A stretch of 64,000 nt of DNA from Octopus vulgaris (Eukaryota). The position numbers and the translations under genes were made by a program. The stretch lies in the NCBI GenBank assembly GCA_951406725.2, contig OX597830.1, positions 63,798,001-63,862,000 of the forward strand, given 5' to 3'. The notes under the pieces were generated by a model. The model had not been told where the DNA came from and made no database searches. It was given only the letters and a program-made list of their open reading frames with translations. Shown piece after piece: positions 1 through 14,929 of this stretch (the stretch's first letter is position 1; each line of letters starts with the position of its first letter).

Positions 1-209
1 CTCTCTCTCTATCACTCTGTCTCTTTCTCTCACTCTGTTTCTCTCTCACTCTCACTGTTTCTCTCTCAATCTGTCTCTCTCTCACACACAGACAAAAAGC
101 ACACACACACTCTCAAAGGTACATACACATGTGTATATGTATGTGCATTTGTGTGTATGTATATAACATATTATGTATCATAAACGTATATGTATGTATA
201 TATACATAA

Positions 210-259
<50 letters not shown>

Positions 260-1533
260 CCATATAACATATCTTAAGTAGGCGCCATAAAGTAATATTT
301 AGGAAGCTTTGGAGGTGTCTGTGCGCGTGGGTACATAGAAGGAGGGGGGTTTACAAGGCAGAAGAAAGAGAAGAACGAAATAAATGAAGAAAGAAAGAAC
401 TTTTATGACATCAAAAAATAGGTGTTTAGGAGGAAAATAGAAACAGGTAAACACGAAATGAAAATAAAAGACAATGGGGAAAGAAGTGAGAAATGGAAAG
501 CGGTAGGGGGGGGGGAGAAACATAGACAGATAAACATACAGATGGATAGACGGATAGAATTAGGGAGAGAGAAGAGGAAAGGAGGAGAAATAGGGAGAGC
601 GATAATTAATAAAGAATACTGGGGAAAAGACAAAGAGCGAGTAACAAAGAAGTAAAGAAATAAGAAGGAAATGAGAACGACCCTAAAATCTAACGAAAAC
701 AGTAAAATATCAAGTTTGAAAATTGGTAGGTGGGGGGGCGAGAGAAAGAAGACATCGCTGACACCACAACGTCCACCATCAGCTTCACCACTTCTTCCTC
801 TTCTACAACCACTCATACATACACTATATACATTATATAACATTATTGGACTTAAATGTTGAAACTATTATTATTAGTATTGTCATTATTGCTATTGCAG
901 CTGTTGATGATTTTGCGGTTGTTTCTATTGTTTAATTTGTTTTCTTCATGGTGTTATCCTTTGTCTCCCACACTCCTTGTTTATTGGATATGCAAACAAA
1001 TACACACACACACACACACACATGCATGCATGCACAGGTGCATGTACACATACACACGCTCTTATATTTGGCAAATGTAATATAATGAAATATCAAATAT
1101 CTTCTTTTTTTGTCGCGCGGCCGCTAACAACAATGCCACACAAACATTATAATAGTGTTAACCAGGCAAAAGTAAAACAATCCACGACAATATCGTCAAC
1201 AACATATACGATAATAATATAGCCAGAAGTCATCAGGAATGTCGATGCGATACTTCATCACTTCTTTACACTTAATACACTTCAGCTACTCCACTAATTC
1301 ACCCTCTCCCTCTCCCCGCCTCCGAGCCACCCTCTCGCTCCCGCGCGCAAGAAGTGTTTGTCACTCTCTTCTCGCTCTCTCTCTCTCTCTTTCGCTTTCG
1401 CTCTCACGTTTGCCATCATATATGCATCTTGATGAGAATACGCAGAAAAACTGCCACACACACACATGCACACACATATACACACGCATTGCCTATATAT
1501 ATATACATATATAAATATATTTATATGTGTGTG

Positions 1534-1569
<36 letters not shown>

Positions 1570-1612
1570 TATACATATATATATGTATGTATATATAAAT
1601 GCGTGTGTGCAA

Positions 1613-1684
<72 letters not shown>

Positions 1685-1886
1685 ATTTATTATATAATAT
1701 ATATATATATACAAATATATACACAGACACACACACATATATACATACATATATATATATACATATATATTACATGTGTGTGTGCATATATATTTGCGTC
1801 TATATTTCTACTTATGCATGTATACATGCAAGTATATGTAAATGTATGTATGTATCTATTTATCTATCTATCTATATATATATATG

Positions 1887-1932
<46 letters not shown>

Positions 1933-3914
1933 GCACACACCTGTGTGTGTGCGTGTATCATTATATGAATGTGCGCATGTCTGGTTTTTATACGTATGCA
2001 TATATATGTACATATATTTATACACACACACATATATGTGTATGTGTATATATGTATGTATGTATGTATGTACGTACGTATGTATGTATGTATGTATGTA
2101 TGTATGTATGTATGTATGTATGTATGTATGTATGTATGCATGTATGTATATGTATATATAATGTGTGTGCGCGTGTGTGTGTGGTGCGAATAGGCGAAAT
2201 AGAACTCAGTACGTGTATATTCTTACTTTTATATTTTTATTGTTGATATTTCATTTATGATCGACAGAAAAAATTCTCTCTCTCTCTCTCACTATATATG
2301 TGTGTGCGTGTGTGTGTGTCTGTATGTTTGTATATATATATATATATATTCATACACATTCATACACAGAAAGGTTATCGTTCTATGCCTGCCCTTGTCA
2401 ATTTACCCTACAAGTGTCCTGGGGTTATCATACGCACGTTGTGCACACGATCGCACACACCAACACACTAACATATATCCGTGGTATTCACATGCAATAG
2501 CCGCAGTGCACCGCCCTGTCACTCCCCAAAATGTCCGCCCCCAAATGCGTAGCGTCAACGCCTTCATCAATCCCGCATCAGGTTATGAACACGAAACCGA
2601 GTCGTTCGACAAATAAAGAATTTTCGATCACATGGTCCCCTCTCCCCTCCCTGAGCACTCTAGTACCATTACTACAACCACTATCACCACCACTACCGCC
2701 GCCGCCACCACTGCCTCCACCAACAACAACACCGACACCACTACCACCATCTTAACACCAACAGTTTCACTAACAGCATCAGCAACAACACTAATACCAC
2801 CACCACCATCACCACCATCATCACCACCACCAACAACAACACCTTCCCCCTCAAGACTCATCACTACCACCACCACCACCACCAACACTAACACCACCAC
2901 TATCAACTTCACCATCACCGACACCCATATCACTACCGTCACCACCTTCACTACACGCTGTCGCCACACCGCCGCCGCCGCCGCCACCGCTGGATCTGAT
3001 ATCTCGGGGCCACAACTGGCACTCCGTCGGTTACAACGACGAAGCTTCCAGAACAGCCTGCTCGTGAAATGAACGTGTAAGTGGCCGAGTACTCCACAGA
3101 CACGTGTGCCCTTCTCAGGGAGATTTAGCGTGACACAGAATGCGACAAGGCCGGCCCTTTGAAATACAGGTGCTACTCATTTTTGCCAGCTGAGTGGACT
3201 GGAGCAACGGGAAATAAAGTGACTCAACACGCCGCCGCTGGTTTCGAACTCACAACGTTACTATCGTGATCCAAATACCTTAACCACTAAAGCCACGTGC
3301 CTTCACGGCGCAATAAATCTCATAGATATGACTGATTATTATCTTCTTCTTCTTCTTCTTCTTCTTCTTCTTCTTCTTCTTCTTCTTCTTCTTCTTCTTC
3401 TTCTTCTTCTTCTTCCAATCAGGACTCACGCCATTAACCACAAAGAATAATCTCTAATTCGAGCCTACTCTAAGCTACTAAGAGTGCGTGTGGCAACTTG
3501 AAGATCCACCCACCACACGCGATAGACTGGAAGTTGCACGGACGCGAAAGCTACGTTGTTATCCTCATTCCGTAAACGGTGGCTTTTAACGGGTGGAGAG
3601 ATGAACCATCCTGGGGTACAGAGGATTCGCAATCTAGACTAGGGTCTGAAAGTTTACCACACCATTGTGGGTTACACCATGGTTCCTCTGTTTTGTGGCA
3701 GAAGTAGGAAGAAAGAGTGAGAGAAAGTTGTGGTGAAAGAGTACAGCGGGGTTCACCCTTCTCCCACCCGCCGGAGCCTCGTAAAGCTTAGGTGTTTTTG
3801 CTCAGTAAACACTCCCAATGCTCTGTCTGGGAATCGAAACCGCGTTCTTACGACCGCGAGTCCGCTGCCTTAACCACTGGGCCATTGCGCCTCCACTACT
3901 GTTGTTGTTTAACG

Positions 3915-4905
3915 CGATGAGCTGGCAAAATCATTAGCGCATCAGTTAAGATGCTTAGCGACATTTCTCTCCGGCCTTTCGTGTTCTGAGTTCAAAAGCT
4001 GTGCTCATCGTGCACTGGCGTCGATATTATCTACTAACCTCCGTCTCCACAAATTTCAGGCCTTGTACTTGCAGTAGAAAGAATTATTCTTAAGGTAACA
4101 ACCTGGCAAAATCCAGTGTCCAGTGGCATCAGCGCATTGGAAAAAAACGCTTGCAAGCATCTCATCTGAGTTCAAATTCCAATTAGTTCTATTTTGCCTT
4201 TCGATAAAATAAGGCACCAGTTGAGCGCTGGAGTCAATAAATAACCGACTTGCACCCTCCCACAAATGTTCAGGCCTTATGCTTATAATAAAAGGAAATA
4301 TTGTTATTAAAGCGGCGAAGCGACAAGCGGGAAGGATCGTTAGTACGTCAGACAAAATCTCGGCGGTATTTCTTCTGGCTTTTTACGTTCTGAGTTCAAA
4401 TCCTGCTTGTCGATTTTGCTTTTTAGGGTTGATAAAATAAAGTACCAGTCAAGTACTTTCGGTTGGCTCTAGTCAACTTGCCCCTCCCCTCAAAATTGCA
4501 GACCTTGAGCTAAAATTAGAAAATATCGCTGTTGTTATTACTATTACTTTGCGCTACGTTCTGAGTTCTAATTCCGTCGAGATCGATTTTGCCTTTCATC
4601 CTTTTTGGGGTCGATAAAATAAGTACCAGTCAAGTACTGGGGTCGATACTATCCTCCTCCCCACGAATTCCAGGTCTGGTGCCTATAGCAGAATGGATTT
4701 TTATTACCTTGCGCGCAAGGCGGCGAACTGGTAGAACCGTTTGCACGCTGGACGAAATATTTAGCGGTATTTCGCCCGTCGCTACATTCTGAGTTCAAAT
4801 TCCGCCAAGGATGACTATGCTTTTCATCCTTTCGGGGTCGATAAATTAAGTACCAGTTGCGTACTGAGGTCGGTCTAATCGACTGGCCCCCTCCCCCAAA
4901 ATTTC
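3915..4905 (+). mobile_element. Cluster of diverged tRNA-derived SINE copies
   Basis: About five same-orientation copies of the same family. Confidence 0.75.
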
Positions 4906-4934
4906 AACAAAAACAATAACAATATTTAACAAAA

Positions 4935-5112
4935 GCATCTTTAAATGACGGTCTGACCGTCTGGCAAGCAAATGGGAAGCAGTAATTGAAGTAGATGGTG
5001 AATATGCTCCGGAATAATCATTTAAAGAAATTTTTGTTACATATTGTTATTGTTTTTGTTGAATAAAATTTGTTGAAAAATAAAGCAGCAATAATTATGC
5101 ACCAACCCAATA
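4935..5112 (+). mobile_element. Mariner 3'-terminal fragment
   Basis: Encodes RLASKWEAVIEVDGEY*, followed by a TIR-like gcaataattatgcaccaacccaaTA. Confidence 0.65.
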
Positions 5113-5373
5113 TCTTTCATCTTTCGCTTGTTCCAGTCATTTAACTGCGGCCATGCTGGAGTACCACCATGAAGGGTTTTAGTCGAACAAATTGAACTTA
5201 TTTTTTTAAGCCTATTACTTACACTGTCACTCTCTTATGCCGAACTGCTAAGTTACGGGGACATAAACACATCACCAGCGGTTGTTATCAAGCGATGGTT
5301 GGGACAAACACAGACGCGCACACATAAATCACACACACACACATACATACATGCATGCATGCATATTTACACA

Positions 5374-5418
<45 letters not shown>

Positions 5419-6066
5419 CATATATATATATATATATATATAGTCTTCTTTTAGTTTCTCTCTACCAAATCCACTCACGAGGCCATGATCGGCCCGAAGC
5501 TATAGTAGAAGACACTTGTCCCAGGTGCCACGCAGTGGGACTGAAACCGGAACCATGAGGCTGCGAAGCAAGCTTCTTACCACAAGGCCACGCCTAGGAA
5601 ATTTATTTTCCGTACGAGATAAGATTACAATTGTACAGTTTATACGCTTGCGAATTAGATCAACGTGTTGTTTCCATTTAACATTGTTATCAACGAAGAT
5701 TCCCAGGAATTTTACATAATAAATATATAAATATATTCTATTCTGTTAATGTCAGATTCAAGCAGCGCGACTACGCTTAGGGAAATGACTTTCTGATGAT
5801 GATGAAAGAGCATGTATTCAGTTGCTACAATGTTCAGCGAGAACTGCTTCTTTTCTGGGAGATATTTTAATGCATTTCGAAGTTTATTGTTTGTATATCT
5901 TCCTTGTTTGTATTTGCTCTATTCATGTCCAAACGCACAGAATAGGAAGTCGGTGACGTGTCATCCGCATGCAAAATAAAATCAAAATCAAATAGATTTG
6001 TGGCTGTGGATATTACGTTAGACTCAGATAATAAATAAATATAAAGTACTCCTACAATGTTTTAAG

Positions 6067-6133
<67 letters not shown>

Positions 6134-6138
6134 ACATA

Positions 6139-6173
<35 letters not shown>

Positions 6174-7187
6174 GCATACATACATACGCACATACACACA
6201 CACACAATATATATACATACATATTATATGTATGTATGTGTGTGTATATATATGTATATATGTATATATGTGCATATGTATATATGTGTATATATATATA
6301 TATATGTATGTATATATAGTTCAAATTTAGAGAAACCAAAAGACAAAGATGGGTGGCGGAGCAACAAGCAGATGTATTAGTTTGACACGTATATATATAT
6401 ATATATACATTTTTAAATATTTGTAAACACACACACGCCCACATATATAAGTATATATATTAAATCTTACGTGGTTATTAAACATTTTTGTACATCTATT
6501 ATACATGAGTCTATTGCACTATATATATGTGTGTATGTGTGTTTGGATGTGTATGTGTATGTGTGAATGTGCATATATATATATATATATATATACATGC
6601 ATGTATATGTGCATGCTTATATATATGTATACACGTATGCATGTATGTTTGCGCGCGCGTATGTATTAAGAATATCCTAAGCGTAATTTCGCAATCGTAT
6701 TCATTTGCATATAGCAGTTTTCTGTTCAAGGAACTAGTTATTCAAAGATGAACAGCAGTATGATATCTTATCGCTTCATCAGAACCTTAATTTGAATTTT
6801 TTTTTAAAGGCTCTGATGAAACAATATGATGTGACACTTTCACTCAACTCTCATTCCATTATTTCTTAAAACGGAAACAGCTGCGTCAAAAGAACACGAC
6901 CACATCTCAGCCGTTGTTTTCTTACTGGCTTATGAATCAATATGGTGTTCTGTACTTTCTTCTGGTTCAGATAAGAGTCTGGAGACAAGGACGGCATTGA
7001 ATTCCTGCCATCTCACTGCAGATGCTCAGAAATACCTTCCTATATGAACACCGAGTCTAATAATAATTATTCGTTTCACTATGGATAAGCAGAAGTATGA
7101 TACATACATATAATCATACGGACATACATACATACATACATACATACATACATACATACATACATACATACATACATACATACATAC

Positions 7188-7715
7188 ATGCAGAAACTGT
7201 GCACTGTTGTGGAAATTAGCTGCTCAGCGGATGTTAACATAAAGCTGAAGATCAGTGGAAAAGAGAATACATATGCTGAACCATTGAGAAATCTACAGTT
7301 ACTCTATCTAGATTACAAGTTCAGGTTTATACCTGTAATTATTGGGGCCCTGGGATATGTAACACACTGCCTAAATACCAATATTGAGAAATTAGGCTTC
7401 TCAAAACCAGAAAGGGGAAAGCTAATTTGAAGACTACAGATCCAATCCATCAGTGGAACTGTAAAACTCTGTAAAACTTTCCAGAAGTTTATCATTTAAA
7501 TATATATGAGCATGTCTAGATATGTAACTATATGCATGAGAATGCATTCATAAAACATACAAATCTGCACATATACATACATACATGCATAAATACATAC
7601 ATACAAATAAAAATACCCTGTTGTTGATGTTGAAATCCCAAAGAAGGAGCCTTAAATCTAGGTTAGAAACCAGCTCTTTCTCTACTGGCTAGAAATCTTG
7701 AAATAAAACTGAACA
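7188..7715 (+). mobile_element. RLE-type (R4/Dong-like) LINE 3' end in a (TACA)n tract
   Basis: VVEISC.ADVNIKLKI..KE..Y....FIPVIIGALG; its 3' tail recurs inverted at ~57305-57410. Confidence 0.7.
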
Positions 7716-7779
7716 AACCTATATACATATAGTCTCTCTTTCCCTCACACATACATACATACATACATACATACATACA

Positions 7780-7898
<119 letters not shown>

Positions 7899-7961
7899 TA
7901 TGTGTGCATCTACGTATATATGCATGTGTGTATAGTATATATACTCGTACTATATATAATA

Positions 7962-9185
7962 CTGCGTTGACAAAAAACCCCGTTCGTTTTCTGTCGACGC
8001 TAAGCTTCAAGCACTGCAATAAGTAACTGAAGTCGGTCTGTCCCTTGCGCATACGAACTTTTTAGATACTTGACACTTCAACGTAGTTTGACGCGAACTT
8101 CCAACGAAGCGGGTCGTATTTCGTGTTCTTGGGATCAGCCTGAAAATGAAGAACCAAAACAAACATTATCGACAACTCTTGTATTGTTATTTTTAACAAG
8201 GCGAGAAAGCAGCGGAAACCTGCAGGAAGATATACGCTGTGCACAGAGGGAACGCTGTTATGGAATGAATGTGTCAGGAGTGTCTTTTAAGATTTCGTTC
8301 GGAGTATTTTTCGGTTGAATACGAATCTCTGGTCGGTCAATTGAGATTAACAACGACAAAATGGAGTTAATTGAAATCATTCATCGTTATACGACCAAGA
8401 TGATTGCATATATTCTCCAAATATCCAAATTGGGTTTTGAAAATCATTTGCATAAACTTGGCTATGTCAGCAGGCTCGATGCTTGGATCCCACATCAATA
8501 GAATGAGGTTAACCTCACACTGGCAGATTTCCGTCTGCGATTCGTTGCAGAAACGTGTAGAAACAACCCTTTTTTGAAGATATTAGTGACAGGGAACGAA
8601 ATATGGATCGTCGATAACAATTTGAAGCACAAACTATCATAGGAGAAGCGCTACGAACGACCACAAACAACCTTCAGAACAGGACTTCACCCGAAGAAGG
8701 TTATACTTTCAGTTTGGTGGAAGTAGAAGGAGATTATCTTTTACAAGTTTCTTTCCACGGACAGTACCATCAATTCAGTTGTGTTGTGCTCAGCTGGACG
8801 AATTAAACGCAGCGATTCACCTGACGTGTTCAGTACATGCTAACTGAAAGGGAATTGACTCTGACTAAGATAATACCAGATGGTTGAGGCGTGGCTGGGA
8901 AGTACTGCTGCCTCCTCATATTCGCCTGGTTTCGTGCCTTCAGATGTCTACCTGTTTCGGTCTCTTCAAAGTCCATTGAATGGACAGACGTTCAACTTTA
9001 AAGAGAATGTAGACATTCACATGGAAGAGTAGTAGACAGGGAATTCTTTGAGCAGGGAATAATGGATCTACTCACAAGATGGCAGAAGATACTGGAACGA
9101 AACGGTAATTATATCATTGATTGAATAAATCGCTTAGACCTTAAAACATCCTATTTTTGCTTAAAAAACAAACATTTTGGCCAAC

Positions 9186-9191
<6 letters not shown>
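7962..9191 (+). mobile_element. Decayed, near full-length mariner (D,D34D) transposon
   Basis: Translated fragments LGYVSRLDAWIPH, LVTGNEIWI, GLHPKKVILSVWW and YSP..PSDVYLFRSL with stops/frameshifts; terminal ggccaacccaaTA with a degenerate left TIR. Confidence 0.85.
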
Positions 9192-9242
<51 letters not shown>

Positions 9243-9416
9243 TAATAAATATTAGGGAATAAATCCAAACTTACAGGGAAAACTCAGATTTAGGATTGAA
9301 TCCAATTTTATAGTAAAATATTATATTATATATATAATATAAATTAAATAATCTTATGTATTGGCTTAAGTTTTTCATTGTATGATTTGCCTAATAGTGG
9401 TTTTATCTCTAATTTA

Positions 9417-9463
<47 letters not shown>

Positions 9464-9490
9464 GTGTGTGTGTACTTTATAATATATATG

Positions 9491-9566
<76 letters not shown>

Positions 9567-9699
9567 AGTGCATGAGTATAAATACATATACATACGCACA
9601 CATGTATAATACATAGATTATAGTTTGCTATTACATATAAAATATACGTATTACATACGTAAGTACGTACATAATACTTGCATACACGTACACATATCT

Positions 9700-10250
9700 A
9701 TTTGAATATTCATTCCTTGACGAATGTCTACCGTTTCGACCTTAGCAGATCGTTATCACAAACGATACGAGTTGAACACTTGTTATCACTGTTTTTTGTA
9801 TCAAATATTTAAATGAGCCGAAAATATATCGATCGAAACGTAAAGATACATCTCGATAATCTTTGAAATATCAAAACATTAATAAAGTGATTATTGAGAT
9901 GTATCTTTACTGTTCAAGAGTAAAGAGTACATCACGATTGATGTAGAGGTTGCCTATACCGAGACGATGGGCTAGTAATCATTATTACTAGTAATATCTG
10001 TACACTTGACAGGATCAAAAAGTACGTGCACAGCTTTTATGAAAGCGTAAGGCTTAAAATAGCTGTTAAATGAAATGTTCGTAAAGTAAACTTCTTAGAT
10101 GTGACCTTTAATTTAGTTAATGACCTATATTACGCCTACAGAAATCTCAGGGCGGCTCTTCACCGAGAGACTAATCCACCCCAGATCTATTACAAAAGGA
10201 TATAGAAAACATAGGTCAAAATGTCTAGTATATCGCTTAACAAGTAAATA
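9700..10250 (+). mobile_element. Penelope-like element reverse-transcriptase fragment
   Basis: LYRDDGL at 9954-9974 and KVNFLDVTFNL at 10083-10115, both characteristic PLE RT motifs; frames disrupted. Confidence 0.7.
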
Positions 10251-10508
10251 TTTAATGATCATGAAAATATGTCACACATCAAGTTTAATAATAATAATAA
10301 TAAAATTAATGGTAAACAAGTTGATTTTTCCCCATCGAACCACTTTACTAGAGCAACGTTCTTCAGTCGGATAAGTGAAAAGGTGAACGTGATTTGACAC
10401 AAGATGTATATAACATATCTGAATTATAAACTACAGCGGATCCCTGTGGTTAGTCTTGTGAACGTGGTACCGACCATCGCTAGTTCCTATTGAGGAAGCT
10501 CACTGTGT

Positions 10509-10758
10509 TGGGTAAAGTTAGGTAAAATTACCTCCTCGAGTCATTCCGACTCATATGGGCCAATTTCCAGGTTTCCATGGCGTGTAAATTCCCCACCTGG
10601 ACGGGACGCCGGTCCCTCGCAGGGTAACTCACTTTTGCCAGCTGAGTGGATTGGAGCAACGTGAAATGAAGTGTTTTGCATCGCCCGGTCCAGGAACCGA
10701 AACCGCAATCTTATGATCATGAGTTCAATACCCTAACCACTAAGCCATGCATCTCCAT
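10509..10758 (-). mobile_element. tRNA-derived SINE with Nin/Deu-like and V-like segments
   Basis: tccactcagctg and ccctgcgagggaccggcgtcccgtccagg segments; 12-bp TSD agctcactgtgt at 10497-10508 and 10759-10770. Confidence 0.8.
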
Positions 10759-10770
10759 AGCTCACTGTGT

Positions 10771-11510
10771 GACTTCAACCTAGCTTCTCTCCGAATCCAA
10801 TCCTAAAAATGAGCGCTGATTGCCATCAGTTCACCTTCAAATGACTTCTTTAATATCACAATCTACTAATTTTCAATTTTGCTATAAGTCATAAACACCT
10901 TCCCCGATTGTTGCTTCACTGCATCAATATTTACTTCTTACTTAACCACTCGTTTTACCTTTCCTTTATTTATACATCCATAAATCCAATACAAGTATCT
11001 GTCTGGTGCTTGGCGCGACTGAGACGCCCAACACCTTCAACACGAAAGAATAACCCCACTGCATCCTCCGTCATACGAGTTAACAGGGGACGTTTTCGGA
11101 TTTTAAGTAGCGGGTTCTGTTTGAAAAAATATACTGCAGTCTCTACCCAATGCCGGTATATCCAACAATAACCCTGTAACTTGTTTTAGGAGACATGTCC
11201 CGGGACCCCGCAGCCAGTCCAGGGGAAACAAATGTTAGTGATTGGGAACTGGAATGTCACAATCTTCATATAGACTCTCGCATTTGCCAACCAATGCTTT
11301 CACCTCAAAGTGACAAACGTAATATATATGACACCCATATGACTACCTTCTATAAACACTATAAAGCTTTCGCCGGCTGCTACACACGTATAAACTGAGC
11401 GTTTCCCTCCAAAAATTTAAACAGTTTTGAGAACGTAATTCTTACCATGTACAGTCTTAGCTTTCTTTACTCATCAAACAAAATTTTGAATATGGAAATT
11501 AATTGTTCTT
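10771..11510 (-). mobile_element. Possible highly decayed LINE RT fragment
   Basis: Coding-like composition with only weak motif resemblance; interrupted by a SINE at 10509-10758. Confidence 0.3.
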
Positions 11511-11664
11511 ACACCTTTAAGACATCGTGTAATCATCTTATCCTAACATTTATCATTAATCATCGATAATTCTTATCATCAATCATTTTTACCATCAGTA
11601 ATATTTCTATATTACGATTATCATTTTTACATTCAACATTAATGCTATTATTATCTCGAATTTG

Positions 11665-12245
<581 letters not shown>

Positions 12246-12533
12246 TGTTATAATTATTAAAGTTATTACCAATATCATTGCTGCTACTATAATAATTTCT
12301 ATATTAATGATAATACTTGTTTCTAATCTTGGCACAAGGCCTCAAAATTCTGCGTAGGTGGGGCTTATCGATTACATCGACCACAGTGCTCTACTAGCAC
12401 TTCATTTATCGACCCTGTAAGGATCAAAGGCAAAGTCAACTTCGGTGGAATTTGAAATCAGAATTTGAAAGTCGGAAGGAATGCGACTATGTACTTTGTC
12501 CGGCGCGCTAACGATTCTGCCAACTCGTCGCCC

Positions 12534-12601
<68 letters not shown>

Positions 12602-12811
12602 TATTTCTTTACTGCCCACAAGAGGCTAAACATAGAGGGGACAAACAAGGACAGACAGGGGAATTAAGTCGATTACATCGACCCCAGTGGGAAACTGGTA
12701 CTTTATTTATCGACCCCGAAAGGATGAAGGGCAAAGTCGACCTCGGCGGAATTTGATCTCAGAAGGTTAAGACGGATGAAATGCCACTAAGCATTAATAA
12801 TAATCATAATG

Positions 12812-12854
<43 letters not shown>

Positions 12855-12868
12855 TAATAATAATAATG

Positions 12869-12917
<49 letters not shown>

Positions 12918-12919
<2 letters not shown>

Positions 12920-13430
12920 GCCCTGATGCAGTACCAGGCAATGGCTCTCATGGATTCTAATCTTAACTGATTGAAAGTGTTATCATGTACCTTGTTTTGT
13001 CTTGGTATAAAAGATGGGCTACAGCAAATATTCTGCTCAATACCACAGATTTTCTTGTCAGTTATTGGACCTTAAGCAGTTGAGCATGTCCCTTGGTGGC
13101 TAATGATATGTGCAAGAATTGAGAGGATTTCTTTTGGGTTTGGATAATTCACTTCTGGAAACATAGCTGTTTCGTTAACAACCCTTATTCAGGGACCTTT
13201 TGAGCGGGATGAGCTACTCGACCTGAAGGAAATTCTAACTGGGCCTCACCTGCAAAGTCATACGCTGTTTATTTTGATATGAGATCACCATGCCCCGCAC
13301 ATATGGTTGTGATGCATGTGTCTGGTGCACCCTTATCAGATGGGTAGTCATGATGGGTATACTGGGCTTCGTATATTTTACCCCAGTGTCACTTTGTTGG
13401 CATGCACTGCTCTCTCACTCAATAATGATG

Positions 13431-13499
<69 letters not shown>

Positions 13500-14053
13500 G
13501 CCCTGATGCAGTACCAGGCAGTGGCTCTCATGGCTTCTGATCTTAACTGATTGGAAGTGTTATCATGTACATTATTTTGTCTTGGTATAAAAGATGGGCT
13601 ACAGCAAATATTCTGCTCAATACCACAGATTTGCTTGTCAGTTGTTTGACCTTAACCAGTTGAGCATGTCCCTTAGTGGCTGACGATATGTGCATCTCTG
13701 ATCACGAGCAGAAGTAGTGGGGGAGCATCATAGCCATGTGTTGAGAAGGATTCTTTGGGGTTTGAATAATTCACCTCTGGAAACATGGGTGTTTCGTTCA
13801 ACGTCCTTAAACAACCCTTATTCAGGGACCTTTTGAGCGGGATGGGTTACTCGATCTGAAGAAAATTCTAACTGGGCTCCACCTGCAAGGTCATGTGCTG
13901 TTTATCTTGATATGAGATCACCATGTCGCGCACATATGGTTGTGATGCATGTGCCTGGTGTACCCTTATCAGACAGGTAGTCATGATGGGTATACTGGGC
14001 TTCGTATATTTTACCCCAGTGTCACTTTGATGGCATGCTCTGCTCGCTCACTC
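12918..14053. mobile_element. Two tandem copies (12918-13420, 13498-14053) of a ~555-bp (AAT)n-embedded repeat
   Basis: Both start atgccctgatgcagtaccaggca and end ctcactc; each is flanked by (AAT)n. Third copy at 62750-63305, partial copy at ~23371-23490. Confidence 0.85.
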
Positions 14054-14125
<72 letters not shown>

Positions 14126-14645
14126 AAGAAGAAGAAGAAAAAGAAGAAGAAGAAGAAGAAGAAAAGAAAAAGAAGAGGAAGAAGAAGAAAAAGAAGAAGA
14201 AAAAGAAGAAAAAGAAGAAGAAGAAGAAGAAGAAGAAAAAGAAGAAAAAGAAGAAGAAGAGGAGGAAGAAGAAGAAGAAGAAGAAAAGTACAGTAACAAC
14301 AACAACTACTACTACCACTACTGCTGCTGCTGCTGCTACTACTACTACTACTAGTAGTACTTGTAAGGCAGCGACCTGGCAGAATCGTTAGCACGCCGGG
14401 CAAAATGCTTAGCGGTATTTCATCCGTCTTAACCTTCTGAGATCGAATTCCGCCGAGGTCAGCTTTGTCTTTTATTATTTTGGAGTTGATAAAATAAGAA
14501 GCAGTTGATCACCGGGGGTCGATGTAGTAGACTTACCCCCTCCCCTGAAATTGCTGGCCTTGTGCCAAAATATGAAACCATTATTATTTGTAGCAGTAGT
14601 AGCAGTTGCAGCAACAGCAGTAGTGGTAATGAAAATAACAGCAGT

Positions 14646-14688
<43 letters not shown>

Positions 14689-14929
14689 GTGATTATAACT
14701 TGATTAATTTTGATTGTGTATGATTAGATTTAATATAATTACATTTCATATTATTATGATAATAATGATTAAGATTACCGATCGATTACAATTATGGTTC
14801 CTCCCCGTCATACTCCTACTTCCTGAATACAGAACTGAAACAGCGATATATCTTTGGTGGATAGTTCTAAAAATAAATTAGTAAAATTCATTGCATTTGA
14901 ATGAATATAATATATTGGAAATAGCTTTA

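Noticed and set aside
1354-2246. Long YI/CV/HT-repeat ORFs here and throughout the window
   Set aside because: Translations of (TA)n, (TG)n and (TATG)n microsatellites that lack stop codons.
2632-3072. Thr/Pro-rich mucin-like ORF
   Set aside because: Degenerate (ACC/CAC)n repeat running into a SINE tail; no signal peptide or splice support.
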